Assembly: GCA_025061935.1 (NCBI GenBank)
Contig: JANWZY010000001.1
Coordinates: 1-34,557, forward strand
DNA from: Verrucomicrobiia bacterium
GTDB taxonomy: Bacteria > Verrucomicrobiota > Verrucomicrobiia > Limisphaerales > DTLC01
Reading direction: 5' to 3'
Length of the DNA: 34,557 nucleotides
Below are positions 9,660 to 18,697 of the stretch, one piece after another (the stretch's first letter is position 1; every line of letters begins with the position of its first letter). The translations under genes were made by a program, and so were the position numbers. Below the pieces are notes generated by a model. The model ran no database searches. It was given only the letters and a program-made list of their open reading frames with translations, and was not told the DNA's origin.

Positions 9660-9687
9660 TTGACATTCCCAATTTGGGCGGTAAAAT
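9660..9687 (+). promoter_or_regulatory. sigma70-like promoter for tRNA-Glu
   Basis: TTGACA (9660-9665), 16-nt spacer, TAAAAT (9682-9687). The implied transcription start lies roughly 12-15 nt upstream of the tRNA 5' end. Confidence 0.45.
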
Positions 9688-9708
9688 TTGTGCAGTTAAA
9701 AACCGAGC

Positions 9709-9783
9709 GGCGCGTTCGTCTATCGGCTAGGACGCGGCCCTCTCAAGGCTGAAAGATGGGTTCGATTCCCATACGCGCCGCCA
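9709..9783 (+). tRNA. tRNA-Glu (anticodon CTC)
   Basis: Manual cloverleaf. Acceptor GGCGCGT/ACGCGCC, D-arm GTCT-ATCGGCTA-GGAC, anticodon arm CGGCC-CTCTCAA-GGCTG (anticodon CTC at 9742-9744). 4-nt variable loop, T-arm ATGGG-TTCGATT-CCCAT, discriminator G, encoded CCA. 75 nt. Confidence 0.9.
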
Positions 9784-9793
9784 AATTCGTTTT

Positions 9794-10162
9794 ATGAGGC
9801 CGTTCCAGATTATCTTTAGCCCCACGAGCGCCGCTGAATTGGCGCGCATGCCCAAAGAACTGCAGTTGCAAATCTTAGGTGAGTTCCGCGGGTTACCGCA
9901 GCAGGCGATCGGCACCGAGCTTGAGCAGTTCGGCAAGCTCGAGCGCGGCGGCCGCACACTTTACAGGTTCAGGGTGGGCGATTATCGAATCTACTTCGAG
10001 CGGCATGAGCTGGGGTTGCTCGTGCACCGTATCCTCAGCAAGCACACGCTGAAGGATTTTCTATACCGGTCCGGGCTCAAGACGAGTGAAGACGAGGCAT
10101 TACAATCGAACCCTAAGTTTTGGGAACTGATCGAGTCCGCGAAAACTGAGCGCAAACCTTGA
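9794..10162 (+). CDS. RelE/ParE-family toxin-like protein with C-terminal extension of about 35 aa
   Basis: FQIIFSPTSAAELARMPKELQLQILGEFRGL...LYRFRVGDYRIYFERHELGLLVHRILSKH follows the canonical RelE/ParE layout (the K.L..LPK..Q.+I motif, then YR.RVGDYRI.Y). No antitoxin-like ORF lies on either side. Confidence 0.7.
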   Translation: MRPFQIIFSPTSAAELARMPKELQLQILGEFRGLPQQAIGTELEQFGKLERGGRTLYRFRVGDYRIYFERHELGLLVHRILSKHTLKDFLYRSGLKTSEDEALQSNPKFWELIESAKTERKP

Positions 10163-10385
10163 TTGTGGTGGATTTACCTCGGGTGCAGGTCGAGCCTGTC
10201 GCACTTATACCCGCCAAGTGCGTTAAAACGGCTGGTTTCCTGAGCAAAGCGCTGTGGTTCCGGCACTCCGCCGTGGTCTGCCGCGGCAATGGCACCTGTG
10301 GCATTAGGGTTAATCTGTGGTGTACCGTGATTTGCGTGTGCTATGCGGTGCGGTTCACCTGGGCGGCTGGTGAATCTGTGCTCAC

Positions 10386-12773
10386 TTGGCCGAATCACGC
10401 CTTGCCGTGAAGACTCGATCATTCATCACTGAGCATGTTTGGGTCGTTTACGTAGGGCTCGCGCTGGCGACCTTTGGGCCGTACGTGCAAGTGATCAATT
10501 TCGGGTTTACCAATTACGACGACCCTTACATTGTTTGGCGGAATCCGGTCGTGTCCAGCGGCTTGACCCTCCGCGGGACGTACTGGGCGCTGACAACCGG
10601 GTTTTTCGATTTTTGGCGTCCAGTCACTTGGCTTTCGCACATGCTGGATTGCGAACTGTTCGGGTTGCACGGGGGGCTGCATCGGTTCATGAACGTGGTT
10701 TATCATACGCTGGGCACGTTGGTTCTTTTCCATGCGCTCAGGCTGATGACGGGGTCGGTTTGGCGCAGCGCGTTGGTCGCAGCATTGTTCGCGCTGCACC
10801 CGCTGCGTGTCGAATCGGTCGCGTGGGTAGCTGAGCGCAAAGACGTGCTCAGCGGGCTGTTCGGGTTCCTAAGTTTGGCATGTTATGCGCAATATGTGCG
10901 GGGGTTGCAGGGTGTGGAACGCGCTTCCGAGGTAGGGCTGCGCGCAGGCAATCCGGGCTGGGACCGCATCCGGGCGCGCCGCTGGTTTTGGGCTTCGGCG
11001 CTGTTTTTTGCGTTAGGCCTGATGAGTAAGCCGGCGTTGGTCACGCTCCCGTTTGTGTTTCTGCTGCTGGACTTTTGGCCATTAAAACGGATTGCTTTAT
11101 CCGGCAGTCGTCTGGAGCTCACTTCGGTGCTCGGCCGTTTAGTGAAACTCGTAGCGGAGAAAGTGCCGTTTTTTGGCATGAGCATGGTGTCCAGCACGGT
11201 CACTTACTTGGTGATGAAATCAGGCGGTAACGTGCTCTCGTCCGAAGCGGTGCCGTGGGCGCTGCGCCTGGCTAATGTCCCGGTTTCCTACCTGCGGTAC
11301 CTCGCCAAGACGTTTATGCCGGTGAATCTGGCGCCGTGGTACCCGATGCCCGGCTCTTGGCCGGCTTGGTTCGTACTCGTGTCAGTAGCTATTTTGCTTT
11401 TGATCACGGTCATTGTAATCGTCGCCGTGCGAGCTGCACCTTACTTGATAGTGGGGTGGCTTTGGTTCATCGGCATGTTTGTTCCTACCATAGGATTAGT
11501 GCAGATGGGTTACCACTCGATTGCCGACAGGTACACGTATTTGCCGTCGGTCGGACTGTTTTTGGCGCTGGTTTGGTTACTCGGGTCTGTGGGGGAGAAA
11601 TTGCGTCTCGGACGCACACTAGCGGCCGTGCTCGGACTTGGCGTCTTGGGGTTACTTGGTGCGCTCACGTGGAAGCAGGTGTGGCATTGGCGGGATGATG
11701 TCTCGCTTTGGTCGTGGTGCATTGCAGTGACCAAGAACAATCCGGCTGCGCATTACGGTCTGGGCCGGGCGTATCACGAGCTTGGCCAACTGGACATGGC
11801 GGTTGAACAATACCGTGCTGCGCTGGAGCTTGACCCGAACCATATTCTTTCGCGTTTGAACCTCGGTGTGGTGCTTGCCAGGCGGGGTAGGTTGTCCGAG
11901 GCAACGAACCATTTTGGTGCGATTCTGGCGCGCGAGCCTAAAATGGTTGAGGCGCTGCTGAATATGGGCAACGCGCTGTTCCAGCTTAAAGATTATCGTG
12001 GTGCGACCAACTATTTTGCGCGCGCGCTCGAGCTTGTGCCGGGCCACCCGGAGACACATCGCACTTACGCAGCGGCCCTGGTCGAGCTTGGGGACTATGA
12101 TGGAGCAATAGCTCATGCCGAAGCGGTGATTAAAGCAACGCCGGGCGACGTCTGGGCGTACGTGTTCAAAGGCCGCGCTTTGAGCGCTTTGGGCATGTCC
12201 GATGAAGCGCTGAATGCGTATTTTACCGCGCTCAACATGAATTATGACTGCGCGGAGGCCCACTACCATTTGGCTTTGGAATGGCTCAAGCGCGGGAGGA
12301 CTGAGTCGGCTGTATCGAGTCTACGCGAGGCTGTTCGGATCGCACCAGATTGGGCTGAGGCGCATCTGCAGCTCGGCATGGCATTGAGCGCCCGGGGCGA
12401 GCGTGCGGGGGCGATAGAGCATTATCGGCGCACACTGGAGCGGCGGCCGAACATGATTGTCGCATTAAATAACTTGGCGTGGCTATTGGCCACTGCGCCG
12501 GAGGCGCAATTGCGGAATGGCGCGGAAGCGGTGCGGCTAGCCGAGCGCGCCTGTGCCCTCACGGGATATCAAGAGACAATCTTCGTTGGTACGTTGGCTG
12601 CGGCGTATGCAGAAGCGGGCGAGTTCGACAAAGCAGTTGAGACTGCGGAGCGTGCTGCTGCGCTAGCGCACCAGCGCGGTCAGACGAACCTGGTGGTTCG
12701 GAATCAATACTTGATCGAGCTGTTCAAGGCTAGGCGCGCATTTCGCGAGCCTGGGCGGCCTGACGCGGAATAG
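10386..12773 (+). CDS. membrane GT-C (PMT/TMTC-like) glycosyltransferase-like protein with C-terminal TPR array, paralogue 1
   Basis: 795-aa ORF with no in-frame ATG near the 5' end (TTG 10386 or GTG 10407). Motifs: NYDDPYIV, LFALHPLRVESVAWVAERKDVLS, LGLMSKPALVTLPF, ADRYTYLPS, then multiple TPRs. Confidence 0.85.
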   Translation: MAESRLAVKTRSFITEHVWVVYVGLALATFGPYVQVINFGFTNYDDPYIVWRNPVVSSGLTLRGTYWALTTGFFDFWRPVTWLSHMLDCELFGLHGGLHRFMNVVYHTLGTLVLFHALRLMTGSVWRSALVAALFALHPLRVESVAWVAERKDVLSGLFGFLSLACYAQYVRGLQGVERASEVGLRAGNPGWDRIRARRWFWASALFFALGLMSKPALVTLPFVFLLLDFWPLKRIALSGSRLELTSVLGRLVKLVAEKVPFFGMSMVSSTVTYLVMKSGGNVLSSEAVPWALRLANVPVSYLRYLAKTFMPVNLAPWYPMPGSWPAWFVLVSVAILLLITVIVIVAVRAAPYLIVGWLWFIGMFVPTIGLVQMGYHSIADRYTYLPSVGLFLALVWLLGSVGEKLRLGRTLAAVLGLGVLGLLGALTWKQVWHWRDDVSLWSWCIAVTKNNPAAHYGLGRAYHELGQLDMAVEQYRAALELDPNHILSRLNLGVVLARRGRLSEATNHFGAILAREPKMVEALLNMGNALFQLKDYRGATNYFARALELVPGHPETHRTYAAALVELGDYDGAIAHAEAVIKATPGDVWAYVFKGRALSALGMSDEALNAYFTALNMNYDCAEAHYHLALEWLKRGRTESAVSSLREAVRIAPDWAEAHLQLGMALSARGERAGAIEHYRRTLERRPNMIVALNNLAWLLATAPEAQLRNGAEAVRLAERACALTGYQETIFVGTLAAAYAEAGEFDKAVETAERAAALAHQRGQTNLVVRNQYLIELFKARRAFREPGRPDAE

Positions 12774-12842
12774 GGGCACTGCGCCATTGTAATGTCCCGG
12801 CATGCGATTGGCGCTGTTAGCGCTACTTACAGCCGGGGGGAT

Positions 12843-13460
12843 TCAATTGTCCTCGCCTAATTCGACGTTCCAGTAGGCAAGATCAATAAAGTGCTTCCAG
12901 CTATCGTGCTGGTACAGGTTGAAGTTTATTTGCACGAACGGGCGCCACTTCGGCCGTTTCGGCTTGCGGATAAGGCGCATGCCCGCCTCTTGCGGTGTGC
13001 GGTTGCCTTTCCGGGCATTGCATTCGAGACATGAACAGACGACGTTTTCCCATGTGGTCGGCCCGCCGCGGTCGCGCGGTATCACATGATCCAAATTCAG
13101 GTCTTGCCTTGGGAATACGCGGCCGCAGTACTGGCAAGTGTTTTTGTCGCGCTCGAAAATGTTGTGACGGGTAAATTTGACCTCTTTCTTCGGCACGCGG
13201 TCGTACACGAGCAACAAAATGATGCGGGGTACGCGGATACGGAACGAGACGGTGCGCACGTATTCGGTGCCTGGGTCACGCTCGGAAAAATCCCGCCATT
13301 CTTTGAAGTCGTATGTGCGGAAGGAACCGTCCGGGCCGCTCATCACCACCTGTGCATGACCTTGGAACAGCAGGATCAGCGCCCGTCTGACCGTGCAGAT
13401 GTTAACCGCTTGCCACAACCGGTTTAACACCAGCACCTGCTGGTTCAACAACGCTACCAT
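12843..13460 (-). CDS. HNH endonuclease (COG1403-type with N-terminal domain of about 100 aa)
   Basis: CQYCGR...LNLDHVIPRDRGGPTTWENVVCSCLECNARKGNRTP is a complete HNH/zinc-finger motif. N-terminal VLVLNRLWQAVNICTVRRALILLFQGHAQVV is typical of this widespread family. Confidence 0.85.
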   Translation of the reverse strand: MVALLNQQVLVLNRLWQAVNICTVRRALILLFQGHAQVVMSGPDGSFRTYDFKEWRDFSERDPGTEYVRTVSFRIRVPRIILLLVYDRVPKKEVKFTRHNIFERDKNTCQYCGRVFPRQDLNLDHVIPRDRGGPTTWENVVCSCLECNARKGNRTPQEAGMRLIRKPKRPKWRPFVQINFNLYQHDSWKHFIDLAYWNVELGEDN

Positions 13461-13745
13461 GCGAGACCGAAAAACTGCCGGAATTTAGCCTTTTGGGTGC
13501 GCGCCTGTCAACGGTCCGGAGCCATCAACGGGGCACAGGGTATCACCCGCACTCGGCAGTCAAAGGCTTACGGACCGAGCTTTTGGATGCGTTGGCGATC
13601 TACCGAGGCTCGGGCTTTCCGTTAAGGACGAGGCCCGCTTTTACCGGGGTGGGGCTAAGCTGCGGGGTTTAGCGCTGGGGCCTGGCGAGGCGGGCGCGGC
13701 TTGCCTCTTCGCAATTTATCCTGAAGCGCGGAAATGGCGCGCAGT

Positions 13746-16151
13746 TTATCTGAGTGAACGAATCGGTTGCAGGGCATGGTCGCGGAAAGGCTCGCCCTTC
13801 CGGTACAATTCGAGCAGTTGTTCGTTCCGGATGGCAATGTTCGACATGCCGGCCGCTTCGGCCAAAGCGCGCGCGCGCTCGGCGGTGCGTACTGCGTCGT
13901 CAAACCTGCCCGCCTCTGCATATGCGGCTGCAAGTGTGCTCAGGAATAGGGGCGCCCGCCATTCGGTCAGGGCGCACGCACGCTCTGCGAGTGCGACGGC
14001 TTCTTGGCCGTTCCTGATCTTCGCATCCGGGTGCGTGGCAAGAATCAGGGCAAGGTTGTTGTGCGGATGCGGCCAGTCGGGCTTCAGCTCGAGCGCAATC
14101 CGAAAATACTTGGCCGCTGCCTCAGCCCTCCCCGCTTGGACCAAAAGTTGTGCGAGATCGAATGCGGTAGCGGCATCCGGCTCGAGCTTTACCAACTCGG
14201 CGAGGTTCGTCACAACCACCTCGAAATTACGTTGTTTTAACGCCGCCTCAGCAAGTAGCCGCCGCGCTTTCGCGTCTGCCGGGTTAATGCTTAGGCATTT
14301 CATCAAAGCGTTCGCGGCCTGGTCGAGTTTCCCCAACTTGACTGAAGCGGCACCTAGGTTGAAAAGCGCATCTGGATGATCGGGGCGTAACTTCACCGCT
14401 GCTATGAAGTGCGGGAGCGCATCTTCAAACCTGCCCAAGTACGTAAGCGCCGTTCCAAGGTTCATCCGAGCGTTGAAAAAGTCGGGCTGTAATTTCACCA
14501 CGAATTGCAGATGTTCCACGGCCTTGCCGTAGTCCCCAATGTTGAGTAGGACCGTGCCGTAATTGAAATGCGAGGTTAAAGTTGGCCACATAGCCACTAA
14601 CCGTTTTAGCAACACCAAGCCTTCTTCGACTTGGCCGCCTTGGACCAAGGCCACCCCTAAGTTCATCCAGCTCCAATAGTGGTTAGGATTAACCTTCAAA
14701 GCGGCCTCGAAATGTTGACGCGCTGCGTCAAGCTCACCTTGAGCCATTAAGACGGCGCCAAGGTTGTTATGCGCCAACTCGTTCCGGTCGGTCACCCGTA
14801 GCGCGTGTTCGAACAGCGACCTGCTGTTCTGCCAGTGCCGCAATTGGAGGCGTGTGGCTGTTGCTGTGGCAACAAGCAGCGCCGCGCACGCGGCGCGCAG
14901 TACCAATGCCGGTACGCGCAGCACGTGCATCATACGGCTAAGGCCCCAGCTCGCCACAATGAATAAACCAATGAGGGGGATGTAAGTGTACCTGTCTGCA
15001 ATTGATTGCCGCCCGACTTGGATCAGCCCGATGACCGGTACAAGCGTGCCAACAAACCAGAACCAGCCCGTGAAAAGGTAGGGTTGGCGCCGTGTGTACG
15101 CGCAAACGGCCAGTGTGATTGCCACCAGTGCAGCCCACGCCGCGTAGGGCAGGGCTGTGTCCCATCCGATCATTTTGTACGGGTAAAACACGGCCAGCCC
15201 GTCTGGCCAGATAGTCTTGCCGATGTATCGCAAATACGCCACCGGCACATGGGCTAAGCGGTTCGCGACCGGCAGCAACCGCGACGATGCAAGTGCATCG
15301 GTTTGGCCCTGGGTTATGAGCGTGATCACGCTTATGCATGCGGAGAGCACGAGGAACGGAACTTTTTCGAGCACAAGTTTCTTGAGCGGGACCGCGTGTT
15401 CCGAGCGCGCGTTTGCTTCAGTAGGCGAAGTTTCCGCCGCGTCAGCGCGTGTTGTCGGCGTATCAAAGTGGGATTTGATTCGCCGCAGCGGCCAGAAATC
15501 CAGGAGCAGCATCACAAACGGCCATGTGACAAGCATCGCTTTGCTCATCAACCCGAGCGCGAAAAGCGCAAGTGTGGTGAAGTAACGCTTCCGGCGTGCC
15601 GCTGACTCGTTTGGGCTGGTCCTGGCGTACTGCGCATATGCCATTAGCGCGAGCAGCCCGAAGAATGTACTTAGCACGTCCTTACGTTCTGCGACCCAGG
15701 CGACTGATTCGACGTGCAACGGGTGGAGTGCGAACAGGGCTGCAACAAAAGCGCTGCGCCAGAGTGCGCCGGTCAGACCGTGCAGGAGCCAGAAAAGCAA
15801 AAGCGTGTTTGCCGTGTGGAGCAGCAGGTTTGTGATGTGGAACCCGCCGGGCCAGGTGCCGTACAACTCGCTGTCCAGCATTAGTGACAACCATGTTATC
15901 GGATGCCAATTGCCGGAGCGGCCGGTTGAAAACGCCCAAGCGATGCTATCCAAAGTAAGCCCAGCCTGGACGTACGCATTTTCGGTCACATAAACAGGGT
16001 CGTCATAATTCACGAAGTCATGCCGAACGACAGGCAAGTAAACGGCTAGTGTGACGACGCACAACACCACCGCTATTAGTTGGAATCGTCTGTCACGCGC
16101 TGTGCTTAATACATTTGCCTTGTTGCCGGGTTCCATTTTCGCTACGCGCAA
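13746..16151 (-). CDS. membrane GT-C (PMT/TMTC-like) plus TPR protein, paralogue 2
   Basis: 801-aa ORF (TTG 16151; first ATG at 16136). NYDDPVYV, NWHPITWLS, LFALHPLHVESVAWVAERKDVLS, ADRYTYIPL, then a long TPR array. Confidence 0.85.
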   Translation of the reverse strand: MRVAKMEPGNKANVLSTARDRRFQLIAVVLCVVTLAVYLPVVRHDFVNYDDPVYVTENAYVQAGLTLDSIAWAFSTGRSGNWHPITWLSLMLDSELYGTWPGGFHITNLLLHTANTLLLFWLLHGLTGALWRSAFVAALFALHPLHVESVAWVAERKDVLSTFFGLLALMAYAQYARTSPNESAARRKRYFTTLALFALGLMSKAMLVTWPFVMLLLDFWPLRRIKSHFDTPTTRADAAETSPTEANARSEHAVPLKKLVLEKVPFLVLSACISVITLITQGQTDALASSRLLPVANRLAHVPVAYLRYIGKTIWPDGLAVFYPYKMIGWDTALPYAAWAALVAITLAVCAYTRRQPYLFTGWFWFVGTLVPVIGLIQVGRQSIADRYTYIPLIGLFIVASWGLSRMMHVLRVPALVLRAACAALLVATATATRLQLRHWQNSRSLFEHALRVTDRNELAHNNLGAVLMAQGELDAARQHFEAALKVNPNHYWSWMNLGVALVQGGQVEEGLVLLKRLVAMWPTLTSHFNYGTVLLNIGDYGKAVEHLQFVVKLQPDFFNARMNLGTALTYLGRFEDALPHFIAAVKLRPDHPDALFNLGAASVKLGKLDQAANALMKCLSINPADAKARRLLAEAALKQRNFEVVVTNLAELVKLEPDAATAFDLAQLLVQAGRAEAAAKYFRIALELKPDWPHPHNNLALILATHPDAKIRNGQEAVALAERACALTEWRAPLFLSTLAAAYAEAGRFDDAVRTAERARALAEAAGMSNIAIRNEQLLELYRKGEPFRDHALQPIRSLR

Positions 16152-16463
16152 ACTTTACCAATGCCAGCTTTACGCAGCACGTGATTTCGTTGGTTGCCTG
16201 GGAATCTTGGCCGTTGCACCACTCATCTTTTTGGCTTTGCATAACTCCGTAGCGCTTTTTACGGGATTGCATTAGAACCTGCATCAGCCGTGTACAAATG
16301 GGCGCCCGCAGCAGCGGCCGTTTCAAAGGCTTAGCTTTAGAAGAGCCTAAAATCGTCGAAACGGTTTTGGCCGGCGGCGCCAATAATTGCTTGCTCGGTA
16401 TAACAAGTCTTGATATGCCCCCCGCTATCCCGTCGATATGCGCAAAGCCTGTTCCGGTCCAAT

Positions 16464-18422
16464 CTAGTCCGCTTGGGCGGGTGCCCGGGGCAACAGGGAT
16501 TGGTCACGGTACGCCTTACCCGCCCGGTACAACTGAAGCAGTTCTTCGTTTCGCGCCACAAGGTTTGTCAGGCCCGCAGCAGCGGCCAGCGCACGCGCTT
16601 TTTCAGCAGTGCGGATCGCTTCTTCGAAGCGGCCTGCTTCCGCGTACGCCGCCGCGAGCGTGCCGACCAGTAGCGGCTCCTTGTGTTTGGTCAATTCGCA
16701 TGCGCGTTCGGCCAGGCGTACGGCTTCGGTGCCGTCCCTGAGCGCATCAACAGGCGAAGCTGCAAGCAGCCATGCGAGGTTGTTTAACACGTCGGGCGAG
16801 TCCGGCTCGAGCCTGAGCGCTTCGCGGTACAGCGCGATCGCCTGTTCCAGTTGTCCCTCGGCCGTTAGAAGCGCACCTAGCTTGGCCGGGACGCCTGCTG
16901 GGTACGACCCGATCTGCATTGCCTGGTTAAGGTACTCTTTGGCCTCGGCTGGGTTGCCCTGTTGGATCGCGGCCACAGCGGCATTGTGCAGCAGCTCAGC
17001 ATTGTACCGGTTGCCATATTTGAGCCGGATGCGGACAGCCTCCAAGAAGTGTTGTTTAGCAGCTTCGAACTTGCCCTTTTTCAGCAGCGCGTGGGCAAGA
17101 ATGTCGTGCGCGACACAGTTGTCCTTGGTAACCGCTATCGTGTGCCTGAACAAGATTTCCGGGTCACGCCAGTATGCCAATTGGACTCGCGTGCGCCAAA
17201 CACATAGCCCGAGGATTACAGCCGCCCCAATTCCCAAAATAAGTTTGGCGGCCGGCAATCGCCGAGCCAGTTCGGCTGCGGCCCACACGACGGCAATGAA
17301 CACGCCGATCAATGGTATGTAAGTGTAACGGTCCGCCATGGATTGGTTCCCCACCTGCACAATCCCAATTACCGGTACTAGCGTGCCCAAGAACCAGAGC
17401 CAGCCCATCAGAAGGAACCGTCTGCGCAGCTTGAACACAAGCAGCGTGAAGACTGTCAACGCCGCTGCTGCGGCCGGGCCGTGCCATATCGGCCATACAT
17501 CTGGCGGCAAGTAGAGGTATGGCAGGGCGAGGTCGTGCGGCCATACCGTCTTTAACAGGTATTTTGCGTACGAAATCAACGCATTTTCGATCCGCGCGCC
17601 TATAGGTAGCGCCGCCAGCGCCTGAACGGCTCCGCCGCGGTGCTGAGCCACAAGGGTCACTATCGCCGAGGCAAACGCCAGCGCGAAGAATGGCAATTTT
17701 TCGACAACCGCCACAACCAAACTGGTCTGGGCCGATCTTGTTCCGAGTTTACCCCTTGCCTGTGCGCCGGCCGCGCTGGTCGGGAAAAGCCTGCCCAACG
17801 GCCAGTAATCGAGCAGCAGCATGACGAACGGCCATGTTACCAGCATCGGCTTGCTCATCAGCCCGAGCGCAAACAGCGCTACTGCGAGCCAGTAGTAGAG
17901 CCGCTGGCGGCGTACCGAGCCGGACGCGCGCATTGCGTACCCGGCGTAGGCAAGTAAGGTGAGGAGTCCGAAGCAAGTGCTCAATACGTCTTTGCGTTCT
18001 GCGACCCAGGCGACCGATTCGACGTGTAGCGGATGCAGCGCGAACAATCCTGCTACGACTCCACTGCGCCATATCGAGCCTGTCGTGGTGTGAATCAGCA
18101 GGAACAGCAGCAAAGTGTTGACCGTGTGCAACAGCAAATTTGTAAGGTGGAAGCCCCCGGCCCAATCACCATACAATTCGGCGTCGAGCATCAGTGAGAG
18201 CCATGTGAGTGGGTGCCAGTTGCTCGCGTGTCCGGTTGTGAATGCCCAGACCACGCCTTGCCACGTCAGGCCCGCACGCACATGGGGGTTTTCGGTCACG
18301 TATTGCGGATCGTCGTAGTTGATGAATGGGTAACTCTTAACAGGCCAATAGGTCGCGACGGTGACCGCGCACAGTGCGAGGCATATAAACCAAGGCCTGA
18401 AATCCAGTGGGTTACGCTGCAT
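16464..18422 (-). CDS. membrane GT-C (PMT/TMTC-like) plus TPR protein, paralogue 3
   Basis: 652-aa ORF with ATG start. NYDDPQYV, NWHPLTWLS, LFALHPLHVESVAWVAERKDVLS, ADRYTYIPL, shorter TPR array. Confidence 0.87.
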   Translation of the reverse strand: MQRNPLDFRPWFICLALCAVTVATYWPVKSYPFINYDDPQYVTENPHVRAGLTWQGVVWAFTTGHASNWHPLTWLSLMLDAELYGDWAGGFHLTNLLLHTVNTLLLFLLIHTTTGSIWRSGVVAGLFALHPLHVESVAWVAERKDVLSTCFGLLTLLAYAGYAMRASGSVRRQRLYYWLAVALFALGLMSKPMLVTWPFVMLLLDYWPLGRLFPTSAAGAQARGKLGTRSAQTSLVVAVVEKLPFFALAFASAIVTLVAQHRGGAVQALAALPIGARIENALISYAKYLLKTVWPHDLALPYLYLPPDVWPIWHGPAAAAALTVFTLLVFKLRRRFLLMGWLWFLGTLVPVIGIVQVGNQSMADRYTYIPLIGVFIAVVWAAAELARRLPAAKLILGIGAAVILGLCVWRTRVQLAYWRDPEILFRHTIAVTKDNCVAHDILAHALLKKGKFEAAKQHFLEAVRIRLKYGNRYNAELLHNAAVAAIQQGNPAEAKEYLNQAMQIGSYPAGVPAKLGALLTAEGQLEQAIALYREALRLEPDSPDVLNNLAWLLAASPVDALRDGTEAVRLAERACELTKHKEPLLVGTLAAAYAEAGRFEEAIRTAEKARALAAAAGLTNLVARNEELLQLYRAGKAYRDQSLLPRAPAQAD

Positions 18423-18697
18423 ACCGGTTTATGCGCATCTTGTGCTGCTTATTTAGGCGCAGGCTGAAATGTTACCGCGTGCCTTTGTCGTTGGCACGAA
18501 TTTTCATCACACCGCCGATGCGACCCCGCCTTGCTGGCTCAGGAAAAATCCGCGCGGCTCCATCGCGGGGACAAGTTTCAGATGCTAGGCTTGTTTGGCA
18601 CTACTCCGCAGTCTTCAGCGCTGCAAGGAGCGAAGCTAATGCCAGGCTTTGCGTCCACGCAGTTCGGGTTTATTATTTGGACAGGTGAACCCGGCTT

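Noticed and set aside
10159-10410. 83-aa ORF overlapping the RelE-like stop (TTGA), considered as a downstream antitoxin
   Set aside because: The sequence is Cys/Val/Trp-rich and unlike any antitoxin fold. It has a TTG start and runs into the start of paralogue 1. It is most likely non-coding.
16093-16383. 96-aa minus-strand ORF in the spacer between paralogues 3 and 2, considered as a possible small substrate or leader peptide
   Set aside because: It overlaps the start of paralogue 2 out of frame. No similar ORF exists upstream of the other paralogues, and the composition is unconvincing.
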